From contig OZ316895.1 of assembly GCA_973895155.1 (NCBI GenBank), forward strand, positions 11,699,819-11,763,818: a DNA stretch of 64,000 nucleotides, in the 5' to 3' direction. Of the stretch, positions 1-14,264 are shown one piece after another. How positions within the stretch are numbered: the first letter of the stretch is position 1; each line of letters opens with the position of its first letter. Source of the stretch: Marsupella aquatica (taxonomy: Eukaryota; Plantae; Marchantiophyta). The translations under genes were made by a program, and so were the position numbers. The notes beneath the pieces are model-generated. The model ran no database searches and was not told the DNA's origin. It saw only the letters and a list, made by a program, of their open reading frames with translations.

Positions 1-959
1 ACTGAAGGTCGTACATTCAGTGTACCACTTGACCAAATGGTCATTGGCTACTCACCTCGACTGGCAAGCTTCCTCTGGAAAAGATATCAAGAGATAGGTG
101 AAGGCAGGTAGCTATGGGGGACTTCCCGGTCCAGTCGGGAGCAACTAGGTGACCGAAGGCTGCCGCTTTGCAATCACCATCCGTTTCCAATCATGCATTC
201 ACCAACTGGCCAATCTCCAAAGCGGGACGGAGGCAGGTATAGGCAGGCATCTAAGATAAAAAAAAACCATATACACCCAACTACACGCAGTAGCCAACCA
301 ATCTACTCTAGGCCAATCAGTACACCCTGACCAGCCCCAGTAACCTGTACACTACAGCTCCTCCTGTAGCGCCCACAGTCCCACTCCTGCTCCGGCTCAC
401 TTGACATAAAACGTTCACGAGTAGCAAAAGGGTGCTGGTCTTCAACTGCTTTCATAAGATCGCGAACGGCAACGTGGCCTGCCTTGTAATTGCCACTCGA
501 AAGCATTTTCTCAAAAGCCCAACCAGGGGAACGAAGCAGCAGCCCCTTCTGAAGTTTCCAATATTTTGGAGAGGAAGCATGTTAACAAGGACCAAAAGCT
601 TAGCACATATCTCCTGCACAATGGAATGGACCGACATCAAACCTCGAGGAATAACATAGAAACGTCGTGAATGCTCACAAACCCGTATAGACAAAGGACT
701 CCCATAACGCGAGGAATTGTAGACAACTAATTCAAACTGGGTAGCAACACCATAACCCCACCCATGTTCTCCACCTTAGTATGCCACAAGTCTAGCCATT
801 AGACACAGCTCTTGGTGGAGAGAGGCAGGAACTAAAGCTGGAATTTTGGTTGAAAATGCTTTACACAGACAAGTTTTCGAGGCGTCTGTTTCCAATATTT
901 TACACGTGACAGCAGACAATCAGAACTCAGCAGAAAGCTGTACAGGTTTTAGGACAAAC

Positions 960-3900
960 CTAGCCTCCAACTTGGCTGGGTACAGCACCCCCTGCTGCAT
1001 CAATTGGCAGTCGCTGCTTAGATAGCTGCTCACGCCTATGTTCAATCTCACCGCCCCTCCCTGAGCCCGAATACCTACCGCCAAACCTTCCTCGTCTTGA
1101 ATGGCCATGCTCTCGACCTCTGAACGGTGGTGGGCTGCCTGGCCGCTCCCCATTCCAAGGTGAGCTGTTGTGAGCAGTGTCTACTTTGAGACCTTGGGAA
1201 GCTTGTGGTTGAGGCCTCTGATGTTGAGAAACTGGTTGGTACTGAGGCTGCTTCTGAGAATCATTTGAGGGAGGTCCTTGCAGTTTATTCTGGGGATCAG
1301 ATCTGGCCGAAGGCTGTTGAGAACTTGAAAGACTTGGGAGTTGGTCCTTGTCCACGGAGCCACCAGGAATAATTTGCGACTTATGAGATGTAGACCTTGT
1401 GGTGTTTTCATTTGAATGACCAAGATCTGTACTAGGATGAGAGCGCTCTGGAGGAGCAACCCCTGTCTGCTGCCAATGACCATCAGATGTTCCCCTTTGG
1501 TGCTGCTGGTGATGGACAGCATTTGGCACATCTCTATGATGATCCTTTTCTGGCCCTGGTTGCCTGTACCTGGACTGCTGGTGGGTATGCGATGCAGGAG
1601 CTTGCTCTCTTTCGTGGGCAAGTGCCTGTTGTCTAATGCGCTGTCTGGGTGGCGACCTTGGCTGCTGATGTGCCCCAACACGATCTGTCTGACGTTGCTC
1701 TCTATCTGTATAAGGGTGCTTCTCATGGACGGATAGAGAAGCAGACCTTCCTTGGACAGCCCCAACTGCCAGTGAGCTTTGTTCTCGGGTGGTCGTTGCT
1801 CCTTCTGGAGCAATTGGTTGCACAGCAGGAGCAGACCTTGGTTGCTGATGTGGTCCAGAATGGGCCTGGGACTGATCTCTATCATGCCTAAAGCTTTGCG
1901 ACCTGGATTGCTGATGCCCCTGTCCCCGCTCATGTGAGCCATGGTGGTCTCTGTCAAATTTTCCAGGTGCCCCATGGTGTCTATTATCCTGTGAGATATT
2001 GATCCGATGGGATCTGACATGCTCATGCGAGCTTTGAACATCACTCTCCAAAACTCTGTTCTTTTGACTAGATCCTGGCCGAGGTGGCTGATACGGAGTC
2101 ACTCCCTCTTGGGGGGCTTTCGACTCCCTCTCGATGGCTGCCGGAGCTGGTGCTAGCAAACGGGAATGCGAGGAACTTCCTTGCTGGGAACCCTCCAAAT
2201 TCTGCTGCTCTTTCTCTTCTGCAGAGGTCGAGGGATGGACTCGACCTACCTCCCTAGTTTGATGAGAGCTTCCTGGACGGGATTGCTCAGACGTTGCATT
2301 CTGAGGTCTGCTGCGGTGATGGTTTTGTTGTGTGTGACTATTGTGGCTTGGCTGTTGGGATTTTCCACCTGTCTCGACAGATTCGGAGTGCTGGACCTGA
2401 TTGGTCTCCTTGTGTGCACTCGAACGTTCGCTTCCTGATGTTCTTTGTCGCCAAGAAGCATGGGGACGGCTCTGCTTGCTGCTGGTCTCAGCCTGCCTCG
2501 CTTCACTTCCAAACTTGATCTCTGACAAGGAAGTTGAATTTTGTGGCACTTCATTGGTTACAGGAACATTTGCAGATTCATTTCCTTGATTATGTGCGAC
2601 CGATGGCGCCTGTTGGTGCTGTTGCATCTCTTCCTGCTGTTGTGCTTGCTGCTTCACCACAGGTTTGGGAGTATAGCGCTCCAACTCTGCCCTTCGAGCC
2701 CGACCTGTCTGCGGAGCAACAACACCTTCTTCCTTCTTCTCTGTTGCAGTATCAGAACTTGGAATGCAATCTGATCCGAAACCTCCTTTGGGACCTGCAG
2801 GATGGACACCTGAGGGTGACCTCACTGGTGCCCAAATCATTCCCTCTCCTCCATGTGATTTGTCACCGACTCGCACATCTTGAGAAGTCCCCCTCTCCCT
2901 AGCAGGTACCCGTCTCTCTCTGGCAACTTGTGATTTCCGTTGGGGTCTCCTACTTAGCATTTCACCATTTGATCTTAGAGACCCTCCATCACTTCCAGCA
3001 ATCTCAACAGAAGTAGGTTGATCACTTGCCGCAGACTCAGATTTGAGGTCCTGCGGGCCGAAGTCTTTTTGAGAGATCGCGGACGGTAGAGCCTTTGTAA
3101 CATCATCACCTCCACTTACGGTCAGTGCCTTAGGTGTTACCTTTGCAACTTCAGTCCCCGAGTCATTGGAGTCATTCCACCCTTGGTTTGAGTCCACAAA
3201 GGAAGTAGAATCAGTGGACACGGTCAAACCTTCCGGTTTCTGTTTATTTCTTCCACTATTTTTGGTTTTCTTCTTCCGAGCTGCAGCAACACCTTCACTA
3301 CTAACCACATTACTACCCAAACTTAGAGTCACATCCTTGGGTTCCAAATCCAGCGGAGCACTGGTCCCCACAGGCCATCCCCCGACCTTATCGTTGCTCT
3401 CACTAACAGCTCCTTGTCCTTGGACAGGATGATCTGGTTCCACTGATGGCGGAGGCTGCCTGGCCGCCTGCTTCAGCTGTGACGCAGATTGCTTCCCTCT
3501 ATGCCTTGCTTCTTGAGTTTTAGGAGGAACCTGTTGCTGCACTTGAGTACCTAGAGAACCACTTGTTTCAGGTGAGGGAACTGCTAGGTCTTGCTGCACA
3601 GGATTCGCGTGTCCAGTGGAAGGGGATAATAGTGAAGCTTGACTTGTAGTTGCTGGCTGAGATGTTGGAGATAAAAAGGATTGCTCTGTTTTCACCTGGC
3701 TAGGCAATGCGGTTGTTCTTGCTTTTGTTAGTTCACGTTGCTCACCGGGGCCCATTTTCGCTCGATGTTCTTCTCTGTTACGTCCATTGCTTTTTCGATC
3801 CCCGGCTCGTTCACGTTTTCCATGCTCATTTCTGCCACTGCGAACTCGCGGGGTACTAGCTCCCGTTCCACCACCGCTAGTCTCAAGAACCTGCACTTCC

Positions 3901-6900
3901 TCCGTTACCACCTCTGAGATGACAACTTCAATTTCCTCCGTCTGAATAATGACAGCAGTAGGCTCTTCAGTTGGTTCATCCGAAGGAGGTTCCTCGGGCT
4001 TGGACACAGAAGCCCCTAGAGACCGCCTGTTCAACTCCTCAAGTTTTGCCAAAGCTTTTGCTTTCTGTTCCTTAATTCTCTCATCCTCCTCTTTCCGCAA
4101 CTGTATCGCTCTCTGTGCTGCAATTTCCTTCATTCTTGCACGCTGCATGAGTTCAACGCCCTATTACTTTCGAGAAGCATGTGCAAGACAGGAAGTAGAC
4201 ATATTGAAGTCGAGTAACTTCAGACCCCATGGTACCAAATCAAAAACTTGTGACAGAGATTCCATCCACAGAATATATTCAATTGAAATTCAGAGAGAAA
4301 AACAATGCTGACCTGGGCCTCATAATCATATGAGTCAACATTGGATAAATTTTCGGAGTCAATCCCTGCGTTTTCTGCAGAGCCTGCCGCCCCTCCCGGT
4401 GAAGGGACTCCACCACTTGACTGTTTAGGACTAGCTGTTGACGAAGGTCGTGAAACCTCGGTAGTTATGTCGGTAACAGGAACAACCTTGGGTCTCCACT
4501 CCTTCTCACCATCATGACTATTCAAAGACTTACTTTTGGGTCTGATATCGTCTTTCACCAGTGCCTCGGCTGCAATCGATGAGACAGATAACTCTGTAGA
4601 TGAGGTTTCGGTAATATTTACAATGTCGCTGTGCGGACTTTCAGGACCTGGATCCCCAACACGCTTCAAAATGCGTACTTTCTCGTTACCTTTCTGACCA
4701 TCTGATGCGGACGGAGAGGTCGGATCACTTGACTGCATGTGCTTTTCTTGCACGGGGGGAGAAGCAACCTCCTCTGAAAGAAGAGTTTCAGCAGTAGATG
4801 GCCTGGAACCTTGAGTGACACTAGGCGTGGTCGGTCTGCTTTTCGAACTACCACTGGCATGCAATCCAGGTCGCAGAGAAGCACTCACTGAAGGTACGAC
4901 ACTAGATGTGACTGGGTTAGTCTCCTTCTTACTCCCTACAGCCCTTCCAGTGTGAGGCGAAGAGATAGGTTCTCTTCCAAAACTCCGATCTCTTGTTTGT
5001 GCTCTCCCCCAACGTTTTTCCGAGGACTCACTGCTTTCAGAGACATGAACCTTCTTTGCAAGCTGGTCCTTTGTCTCCAACGGACTGACGTCTTCTCCTC
5101 TAATCTTTGAGACTGAACCACCAGACTCTAACTCCTTTAGTTTGCGTGTTTGCACATGTTCGCCTTCACTGGTGCCACTTGACTTGGGAGCCTGCACCAC
5201 AACAGCATCCTTAGCTTCTCCACCGTCAACTGCCTTGTCCGTAGGCAGTTCGGGAGAATCTTCAATCTTCAAGTGATCCACATGTTTCCTTTCACTCCCT
5301 GTTTGTATGGTGTCACTATGCAACCCTGGTTCAGATTGAGTCATTTTATTACCTGGACCTGGCGATGCAGATGAGACGTCCTCCTCAAATACTGGCTTTG
5401 AGAAGTCCATTGGTTCATCACTGCTGGCAGCCGCCCCCCAGTCACGGTGGCTTCCCTGATGACCTCCACGTGAAGATGGCCTTTGCAATTCACTTGTCAA
5501 ATTACTACTCATAATATGTCCTGCTCTGCGACTTTCTCCAGGATCCTGAAACGAAGTCAGTCGTCCTCCATCCTTGTAAAGTCCACTCTCTTTGGTGTAT
5601 GCCCCTCCATCCTTATAGCCCGGCCCATCTTTAAAATTGACATTGTCTTTGTATTTCGGCCCTTCACGATAACCTTCACCATCATAGCCCATAGACTCGT
5701 TGCGCTCCCTACTGATGCCCAAGTTATTCGGCATGTGGCGAGGTCCTGGCCCAGGTCCTCCGTGCGGATAACGACCATAAGGTTCAACAGGTGGACCTTG
5801 TGGGTAGTTTCCATACATTCCAGGAGGACCATTCATTCCAAGCATCATCATCTCACGTTCATCCATATTACCATAGCCAGGTCCTGGTGGTCCGTAGTAG
5901 TTGTCATAAGGACCCGGACCTTGATACATCCCTGGTCCCATAGGAGGCCCAGGTCTTGGAGGAGCACCACCTGGTCTACCAAAAGGGGCTGTGTTTCCAT
6001 ACATATCACCATGTCGACCATATCCACCAGGACCTGGACCTGGGCCTGGACCTCCACTTCTAGAATAAGGCCCTTGCCCAGGTGCAGGATATCTCTGCTG
6101 ATGCATAAATGCAGGATCAGGTTGAAACCTTCCAGGGCCGGGAGGCCCATATGGACCGACAGGTGGACCACCTCTGCGCCAGTTCTCATCTGATGGGCCA
6201 CCACCTGGAGCTGCTCCATGACCAGCTTCTCTGCGCCATGTATCAGCCACTTGTGGTTGACCCCCACCATACGGTTGAATTGGTGCAGGCCCTTCCTTGT
6301 GCCAACTAGCGTCTGTCATCCCTGGATGGCCTCCATATGGTCTTCCTTCCCGCCGCCACCCCTCGGGCATTCTTTCCTGACCTCCATAAGCTCCAGGAGA
6401 CGTTGGCCGTGGTTCGTCTGAAGAAAGAACATAGCCTTACCAGTGAACTTATGATTGAAATAAAAATCACTTCTGATTATTAACCCATAAACTAAAGTTT
6501 TGTCTCTTTCTTGCCACTCAACAGAGGTTCATGAGGTTGGTATGGGATTGAACAACCGAGTGGAAGTTGACATCACGTCCTTATCATATTCAAGGCACCT
6601 TCTAATGCAACTATTACACTAGTGAAGGATGTAGCTCCTTGACTTAGCAACTTTGAGTTGCCCAAAACTATTAACATTACTTCCAGCGGCTCGGTAGGGT
6701 ATAAGTTAGGAAGAGACCACAAAGCTATCAAATTTAACACAGAGGACGGGAAGCCTTTCATTAAAAGGATAGAATGTAGACTTGTATTAAAGATGGCGAC
6801 ACAGTCCAGTACAAATCTTACCATAAGGACCAGTTGGGCCAGATGGTGGCCTCTCCTCAGTAAGAGGCACCCTTTCACCCCCAGATGCTGGGCGATCACC

Positions 6901-9270
6901 CGAAACACTACCTGGTAGGCACAAACAAAATTCTTGATTTCAATGATCCATGTCGCCAGGCCAAAGTAAACTACATTTGACGTCTACGTGAAAGAAATCC
7001 TCGAGAATTCAAAGGATATAGAAACAAAAATATCGTCAGTGTAGTGCAAGGGAGTCTAGTAAGCAACTTTGAAGAACGTCATTGATATGTCAGAGAACAT
7101 ACCAGTCTTATTCTGCTGAGGACGAAGGTCAGGATTCTTCTCTGACCCCAACGTTGGGAAGTCAACACGGGTCAATGTAAAGCGGGCAGGTTGATGAGGC
7201 TCTTCACCCTGCAAAATGCAAAACGTTACTGGTGCTGCTGGTGTACACATTCCTACCCACCAGATCACATCACTCTCCTCTTAACTCGGAAAACTATGAG
7301 TACAAAACACACTCAAACCAGGCCCAGCATAACTATTGTGAAAGACGTTTTAACAAAGTAAGTTTGAGATTATCGTCCACAAAAAATCCACTTCAACTAA
7401 CGCTTGTGTCCATTCACCGGCAAATAACTAAGCTGTTGGGCCCCGACAATTAGGGAGAATAAGCACAACCTAACACAAAAACACATAAGGTTATCCTAGA
7501 CGCCAGTCAAAACATACCAATTTCCGAGCTCCTCCGGCACCCCCCCAAGCAGCAGGTGACGGAGCAGCAGGTCCATTTGTCTGGTCAGCAAATCGAGTCA
7601 ATGCTGGTGCTTGTGCCCTTGTTTCTGCACTGCGAGGTCTAACGGAAGGTGACTGCGGTTGAGCCTGTCCTAAAACCCCAGAAGCAGAAGACGGTCGAGC
7701 CGTTACTGGGCCCCATGCATTTGCCGCTGCCCCTGTTTCCTGAGTTTGCCGCAAACTGCCTGCTGATGAGGGTCGGGTGCCACTTCCAGCAGATGATGGA
7801 CGAGGTGGATGTCCACCCCATGGTACCCCACTGCTGACCGTTCCTGGTCCACCGCTTGCTGTAGCTGATCCACTGCTGCCCGCTGTAGACGGTCGAGGCG
7901 GTGCACCAGCCCATGGTCCACTACTCACAGGAGGGGATGATGACTGTGCAGAGTTACCCCATGGACCAGCACTAGTTGGAGGCGAACCCGTTCCACCCCA
8001 GCTGACACTCCCCCTGCACCATAGTGAGGACAACCTAATTAGAATAAAACAAGCTTTTGTGACTATAGAACGCTTTTGTGACTGTAGAAGCTCCAAGGCC
8101 TTAGGTTGAATATGACTATGCCCAGAATCTTGCCCTCAACATCTTCCACTCGGTTGTCTCCTCTGCCGTTACTCTCGCACCACCGTTTGGCATACTGACT
8201 TCCGTTTTCTTTATATGTATCAGAGTTCACCAAAGAGGTGTCGGGAGATGAGAATATCCCATACATAAAAGAGTCGATCTTAATACGAGTGCTGAGAAGT
8301 GTATTCTATTCAACAAAACCTTCCCACTAATATAATCCACCACATCGACACTTGTGAACCAGAACCCAAGGCTCTAAATTGCCTCCGTCTGTTCACAAGA
8401 CTCCATGACAGCAAACTCTCCGCCCTTCTTGCTTTCCAGAAAGCACTCTATCACCATTTCTCCTATCATTCGTAGAACGATTGACGCCCCTGGCTCTGGT
8501 GCAGTTTCGGAAGCAGATTAAGTCGCAGGTCCCATGGTAGATACTCTTCCACAACCAAAAACCATGCTTCGTGTCCATCATAATCCAAGGGGACTTACAT
8601 CAAACGAACTTCAAGGATAGACTTCTCTTGTCTCATTCGGCAGTGCAAGAAATATGGCGACAGCTCTGACTGAGAGCCCAGAAACTTTAAAAAAACAACC
8701 CGACCTAAACCGTTTCCAGAACTTGTAAGAATTCAACAAGTAACATCACCCAGTTTTAGCCGAGTAAAACATCCCAGATATTCCCAGAGCAGAAGAATAA
8801 GTAACCACAAATGGATCGCATAGCCATGTCCTTGAATAAAGGAATTTGCCACTCGACGAATGACATTTCGGACGCTGGAACCATACCTAGGAACAATCTC
8901 CACATTGGGATCCAGTCCCCGATTCTCCAACCTGGTGAGTACATACAAGTAAGATATACTAGCCATTTCAACGACCAGGAGGTTCCAGCAAAATAATACC
9001 AATGTAACAAAGAACTGGAATGACAGTAAAATTCCAAACCCACTACTTCATGCTCATCCAACTGAATTAAAATAATAATATACTGACAAATGAAAAGTAC
9101 GAAGAACCAAGCAAAGATTACAAATCTCGAAGGACTCTACCCAGTATGAACGCTGAACGTGCAAACCTAGGGCCAGCCAATCAACTTATCCCGTAAAAAC
9201 TGCGCTCTGAAGTTTCTTACCTTTGGCTTGGTAGATTAACAGGCTTCGGCACTTTCCCGAGAACAGTCAT
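960..9270 (-). CDS. MOS1: MODIFIER OF SNC1 1-like protein (BAT2 N-terminal domain, PRRC2-like), 7 coding exons
   Basis: GT-AG exons joined in frame by eye: 9221-9270 (exon extends to 9292; MTVLGKVPKPVNLPSQR), 8887-8931 (LENRGLDPNVEIVPR), 7518-8013 (GSVSWG..RPSSAGSGTRPSSA..RPRSAETR), 7103-7208 (FTLTRVDFPTLGSEK), 6822-6911, 4313-6417 (..YDYEAQ), 960-4142 (RARMKEIAAQRAIQLRKEEDERIKEQKAKALAKLEELNRR..stop). These are the conserved MOS1 motifs. The start codon may lie in a further upstream exon. Confidence 0.92.
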
Positions 9271-10679
9271 GCCCCTCCGGCCAGACACCGGTCTGCAAAA
9301 CAACGACACACAAATCAAACGCGTGAGAAAAATGAGCTGAACGAATATTCCACAATCGAAATGGGGAAAATGCTGTTATTGCTGCGCGGGATAATTGAAT
9401 GCGCTTCACTTCGTTGACACAATCAAGGTGTAACACGCGATGTTTCACATCCAGAAACCATCAATCATATCAACCAGAGAAGACTCTTCCCCATGCCGTT
9501 GAGTAAGGTCAACCTTTATCCTCAGCGGCATGGCTGAACGAAGAACAATATAAAGTGTGTGGAATCAACTAGGTGTTCAGTCGTTGCGGTCATGGCGTCT
9601 GAGTGCTTCCCTTTTCCTACAACTACTGACAAGCCCATAAAGCACAATAAATTCGTAAAGCCTAAGAAATGTAGACTGCAGACACTGTCTCCTTCCAAAA
9701 AATTATTTTCCTTAGGTTATTTGTGTGCCCAATCTCGAATGTATGCCCTATTTTACTCACTACTTCACTTAATGTTCTCTACCCTTAGCAGATGACCAGC
9801 TGATCCATACGTGAGACATGAGTGGCATGCTAGGCAGTACTAATCTGCTAAGAAATTGTAGAACAACTACGGTATACAAAACACTGGCGCCGTGAGCCCT
9901 AGTATTCCATTCATTGCGGTACTACCTGCTAGTTTATGGGCTTCTAGTTGAAAAACTTCGCTAAGATTCTCAGTCCGAGGCTAAACGAATGCAAGCCATG
10001 GCAACATTACAAGAACGTGCCCGGAAGTCGAAGATCGTAGGAACAACCCTGACATAGACTGAAATTTCCAACCCACCCCACCCCTTCCTCCAGATAAGGT
10101 ATTCGAATAGGTCGTTTTCGAGAAAGATTTAAGGTGTTCAAATAAACCGCGGCAGACGGCAGTAGTGGAAAAGAGTACAGATAGGGTTAGATTGTACGAG
10201 ACGTTTCAGAACGACATTCAGCTCGTCATCCAACTTTTTGGCCATAACCATTCCTTAAGAATAGAGATTTCGAGTAAAAGAAGAGGAAGCACCTTCCGAC
10301 CCCGGTCGACATGGCTGACGTTCAAATTCCGGAGAGGTAGGACCGATATATCGAGGTCAATGATTGTCAGATACTCAAGACCTGCTTCAAACAACCACAA
10401 CCACTCCATTCAGAATCTGTCTCTCCATCTCTCGCGCAGCAACAAGGGCCTCTGCGTCGATCTACTCCTGTCCACCCTAGACTAGGGATCTGAGGACGAC
10501 GTAAGCCGCTAAAACCAAAATAGGGCTTCTCTCAGATGCACAAACTCGCAAAAACGGGATCCCATCACTCTACCGATCTTCATTCCATCGAGGCCACATT
10601 CAAGCAAAGCCGCTACACGTCAATACTCCCATCGCCAGTGACCCTCCCCGCCTTCCCACGCTTTTCAGATTCCCAACGC

Positions 10680-11345
10680 ACACACACAGACACACACACA
10701 CACAACCACATCCAATCCAAACCAGAAAAGAAAAGAAAAGAAAAGAAAAGAAACGCAGAGTTAGCACTCACGAAAGCAGGTTACGAGACACACAGAAGTG
10801 GCGTACCTAACCGCATTTAAGGTGCAGTTACATAAACCTGCAAACAGACACGGGATTAAAACGATGTGCAGATTAAACGCTCGCGGCGATGTGTGGGCGG
10901 GCGGGGGCTGGCTGGTGGATCGATGCTGCTGCACGCCGATGCCCCAGCAATGAAGAGAGGGGGGAAGGAAAGGAGGGAAGATGGGAGGAAGGAAGGAAGG
11001 AAGGGAGGGAGGAGGGGAGGGGGGAGAGAGAGAGAGTAAGAAGAAAGGGGGGAAGAGAATGAATGGGTTGCAAATCGTAGATCTGCGACGGGACTCGTTT
11101 GTTATACGAGTGGGCAGGGTCATGGGCAGAGAGCCATACAGGTAGGCAGAAAAGAACGAGACGAAAACGAAGAGGGGGAGAAAGGCAGGGCAGGGCGGAA
11201 CAGGGCAGGGCAAGGGGCACAAGGGGACGAAAACTCGGGTGGCCGGGCGAGGAGCGAGCACACACACACACACACACACACACACGAAGAGGAGAGGAGA
11301 GGAGAGGAGAGGAGATGAGATGATACGAGGTGAGATGAGACCAGA
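10680..11345. repeat. Microsatellite cluster (CA)n, (AAAAG)n, (GGAA)n, (GAGAG)n in the probable MOS1 5' UTR/first intron
   Basis: Directly visible: CA runs at ~10680-10703 and ~11259-11285, AAAAG at ~10723-10752, GGAA/GA at ~10955-11040, GAGAG at ~11288-11320. The minus strand is CT-rich, as is typical of plant leaders. Confidence 0.85.
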
Positions 11346-11489
11346 CCACGAGAGAAAAGCTTGTTCGTAACTCTTCCTTTCTTTCCTTTCCCTACACGAT
11401 TTCTTGTCAGTTCAGCCTCTCTTAGTCTTGTACCAAACTCCGAAGTGGCGCCCACCTCGGCTTCCTTTCTTTCCGCTCATGGGTACAGT

Positions 11490-12960
11490 GGCTAGGGGTT
11501 GCGGTCGGCCGGGTGTAAAGCCCCGTTTCCTACAGTAGTTTCCTACAGTAGTTTCCTACAGTAGTTTCCTAGTTTCCTTTGTACCGAGTTTTTCTCCTTG
11601 ATGCTCTTAGTGACCTTTTCTTTTTGTAGCTTTTGGTACACCTCCAACCTAAGGGGATTTTGCTGTGAGCCGGGTGTAAAGCCCCGTTTTCTTTGCAGGG
11701 AGTGTTTTTTAAACCGTCACTGTGTCCCCGTAGCAAAACCTGGTGGATCCAGGTTACCAAAACGAGTTAAGAATGTTATTAAAAAACTAAAACAGTTCAA
11801 TTTTTTTGTCTTCCCTGAACTTGATGGAGAGTGGCGGTTTAAGGAGGCACAATTCTCCTTAATGCCTGTAGTGGTTTTTCTTTTTGTAATACTTGGTGTG
11901 TAAGAGCATCTCCAACCCCTTCTCTGTGCGTGTGCTCCTCCATTTAGCCCCCTTAATTTCTGTCTAGTTATTGCCTGTCTCCTCCTCTCAGACAGGTGTT
12001 ACATCACGTACAAAACTTAGTATGATACCACTTCGATGAATGGCTCGCAATGCTGTATCTCTCCCTGGACCTGGGCCATTAATCATAACTTTGGCTTGTT
12101 TCAAACCTTGATCAATTAAAATCCACGTAGCATTTTCTGCTGCAGTTTGAGCAGCAAAAGGTGTACTTTTTTTTGCCCCCTTAAACCCACAAGCACCAGC
12201 AGAAGACCAAGAAACTACTTGTCCACATATATCCGTAACTGTTACAATTGTATTATTAAAACTTGCTTGAATATGAATAACTCCTTTGGGTTAGTTCAAG
12301 TAGCAACTGGTTTTGCAATGACTTTCTTTTATCGTCCTACTGTAGTTGAAGCTTTTTAATCGGTTCAATATATAATCACTCAAGTCAATTTTGGTTGGCT
12401 CATTCGTTCAGTTCATAGATGGTCAGCGTGTTGCTTCGCTCTGGTTCTCCTGTTAATAAAGTTTGTTTGGGTGTTGCCCCCCCCCACCCCCCCCCCCCCC
12501 CCACACACACACACACAAAACCTAAAAAACAGAGAATCTCCAACCCAAAGGGATTTTGCTGTCGGCCGGTGTAAAGCCCCGTTTCCTAGTTTCCCTTGTA
12601 TAGAGTGTTTCTTAAGGAGGTGCTATTCTCCTTAATGCCTACAGTGATTTTTCTTTTTTGTAAATTTTGGTACTTAAGAGCATCTCCAACCCAAGGGGAT
12701 TTTGCTGTCAGCGGGGTGTAAAGGCCAGTTTCCTAGTTTCTCTTGTATGGAGAGTTTCTTAAGGAGAAGTCTCTCCTTAATGCCCTTAGTGATCTTTCTG
12801 TTTGTACTTTTTGGTGCTTAAGAGCATCTCCAACCCAATGGGATTTTGCTGTCAGCCCAGTGTAAATCTCATTTCCTAGTTTCCTTTGTATGGAGTGTTA
12901 GGGAGGTGTTTTTCTCCTGATTGCCCCCAGTGATTTTATTTTTTGTAATTTTTGTAATCA
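11490..12960 (+). repeat. Tandem/dispersed ~145-bp units beginning with a PIF/Harbinger (Tourist)-like terminus
   Basis: Unit (TTA)AGAGCATCTCCAACCCAAGGGGATTTTGCTGTC..GGTGTAAAGCCCCGTTTCCTAGTTTCC.. at ~12532, ~12677 and ~12821, with diverged or partial copies at ~11495, ~11640 and ~11903. Includes a 13-bp tandem (GTTTCCTACAGTA)x3 at 11525-11570 and a poly-C/(CA)n tract at 12477-12517. Confidence 0.75.
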
Positions 12961-13574
12961 AGAACTACAATACAATGTTCCATCTTTTTATGAAGTGATA
13001 GTCTTTTGAATTTGAAGGGCCCAAAAAGTAAAGAAACTGACCAAAGAGAAGGTATAAACCAAAATAGAATTATATTTTCGGACCCCACTAGAGGTCCCTT
13101 CCAAAATTCCTGGCACCACAGCGTGCCATGTCAACAACAACCGCAACAAACAAGACTCTTCGGTTTGGTGAATCAAACTTATAGTTTTCATTCGTGTTTG
13201 TGTCAATTTGGGTGTAAATTTTGGGACGCCGTGCCGTAAAAAGAAAAGTAAAAACATTGGAAATGCAAAGAGCAAGACGGTTAAAACTGTCACAATGTAA
13301 CCGTTTTAGTTACATTTCCAATTTTAAAACTTAAATTCAAAGAATTATAAAAAGTATTTTTCATATAATAAATAATGACTAATAACTAACTTGATAACTT
13401 CCTTGTTAAACCGCAACTCCCGGTATGTAAGGACCTCTCGTATTGTACGGCATTAATGCTGGGAAGAGCACATAGAAACCCAGGATCGAGGAGGAGGAAT
13501 GGCTGGAATCTTGAAAGTTTATCGAATTTTATACTCAAAACTATTTACTCATTCTCAAAACAAAAAATACCCAG

Positions 13575-13860
13575 TCGTAGATCTCATTGAGATCTTTCTT
13601 TTGCACCCTAGATCGCCTTCTAACATGGATGAATAAGATTTCTAGAGGCATTACAAAATGGATGACAAAGATCTTAAAATCAACAAAATCGACGGCTAGG
13701 AAGGTTTGGATTGGTTTAATTTTTCATTTGAAAAATATTAACCCATTTGCAAAACGGACAGAACCCATCCATAGATCTATTTGAGATCTTTCTTTTGAGC
13801 CATAGATTGGCCATTATGATAGACGGACGAGATTTCCAAAGATAAGAAATGGAGATGGCT
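13575..13860. repeat. Degenerate direct repeat (~195-bp spacing), probable DNA-transposon relic
   Basis: TAGATCT..TTGAGATCTTT.CTTTTG....TAGAT..G...AGATTTC at ~13578 and ~13772. Confidence 0.45.
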
Positions 13861-14264
13861 CAGATCGACTCTTCCCCCTAATTTTATTAGCCAAGGGGTC
13901 CACGAACTAATTAGTTTGAAGGAGAGAGTGACATGTTTTCCAAGCAAGAAATAAAGGAGAGTGCCAATGCAGGATAATCAAGTACTTTATGGATCATCTA
14001 TGCATAGTACCATCCATGCATGGAAAATACTCCTCTCCATGCCTATACATTCATATCAAGTACCCCCAAGATAATGTGTCATACGAGGAGTTTAATTGAT
14101 TACAAAGATTACATAATGTAATAGAAAAACAAAAGTAGTGAAAAAAGAGGGAAAAAGGGGGGGCAGGCTGTTTAAGAATTAAAATTAATTAACAAAACAG
14201 AAAAATACAAAGGCAAAAGTCATTCTTACCTGGTGGTACTTTGTGGTTGCTGTCGCACTATTTT

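Noticed and set aside
1181-2044. 287-aa alternative-frame ORF and other long overlapping or antisense ORFs within MOS1 exons
   Set aside because: Shadow ORFs expected from low-complexity coding sequence; no recognisable motifs.
10761-11455. ORFs of 111-174 aa
   Set aside because: They are translations of microsatellites.
11490-12960. Regularly spaced repeats as a CRISPR-like array
   Set aside because: The whole unit is repeated with no unique spacers, there are no cas genes, and the context is eukaryotic.
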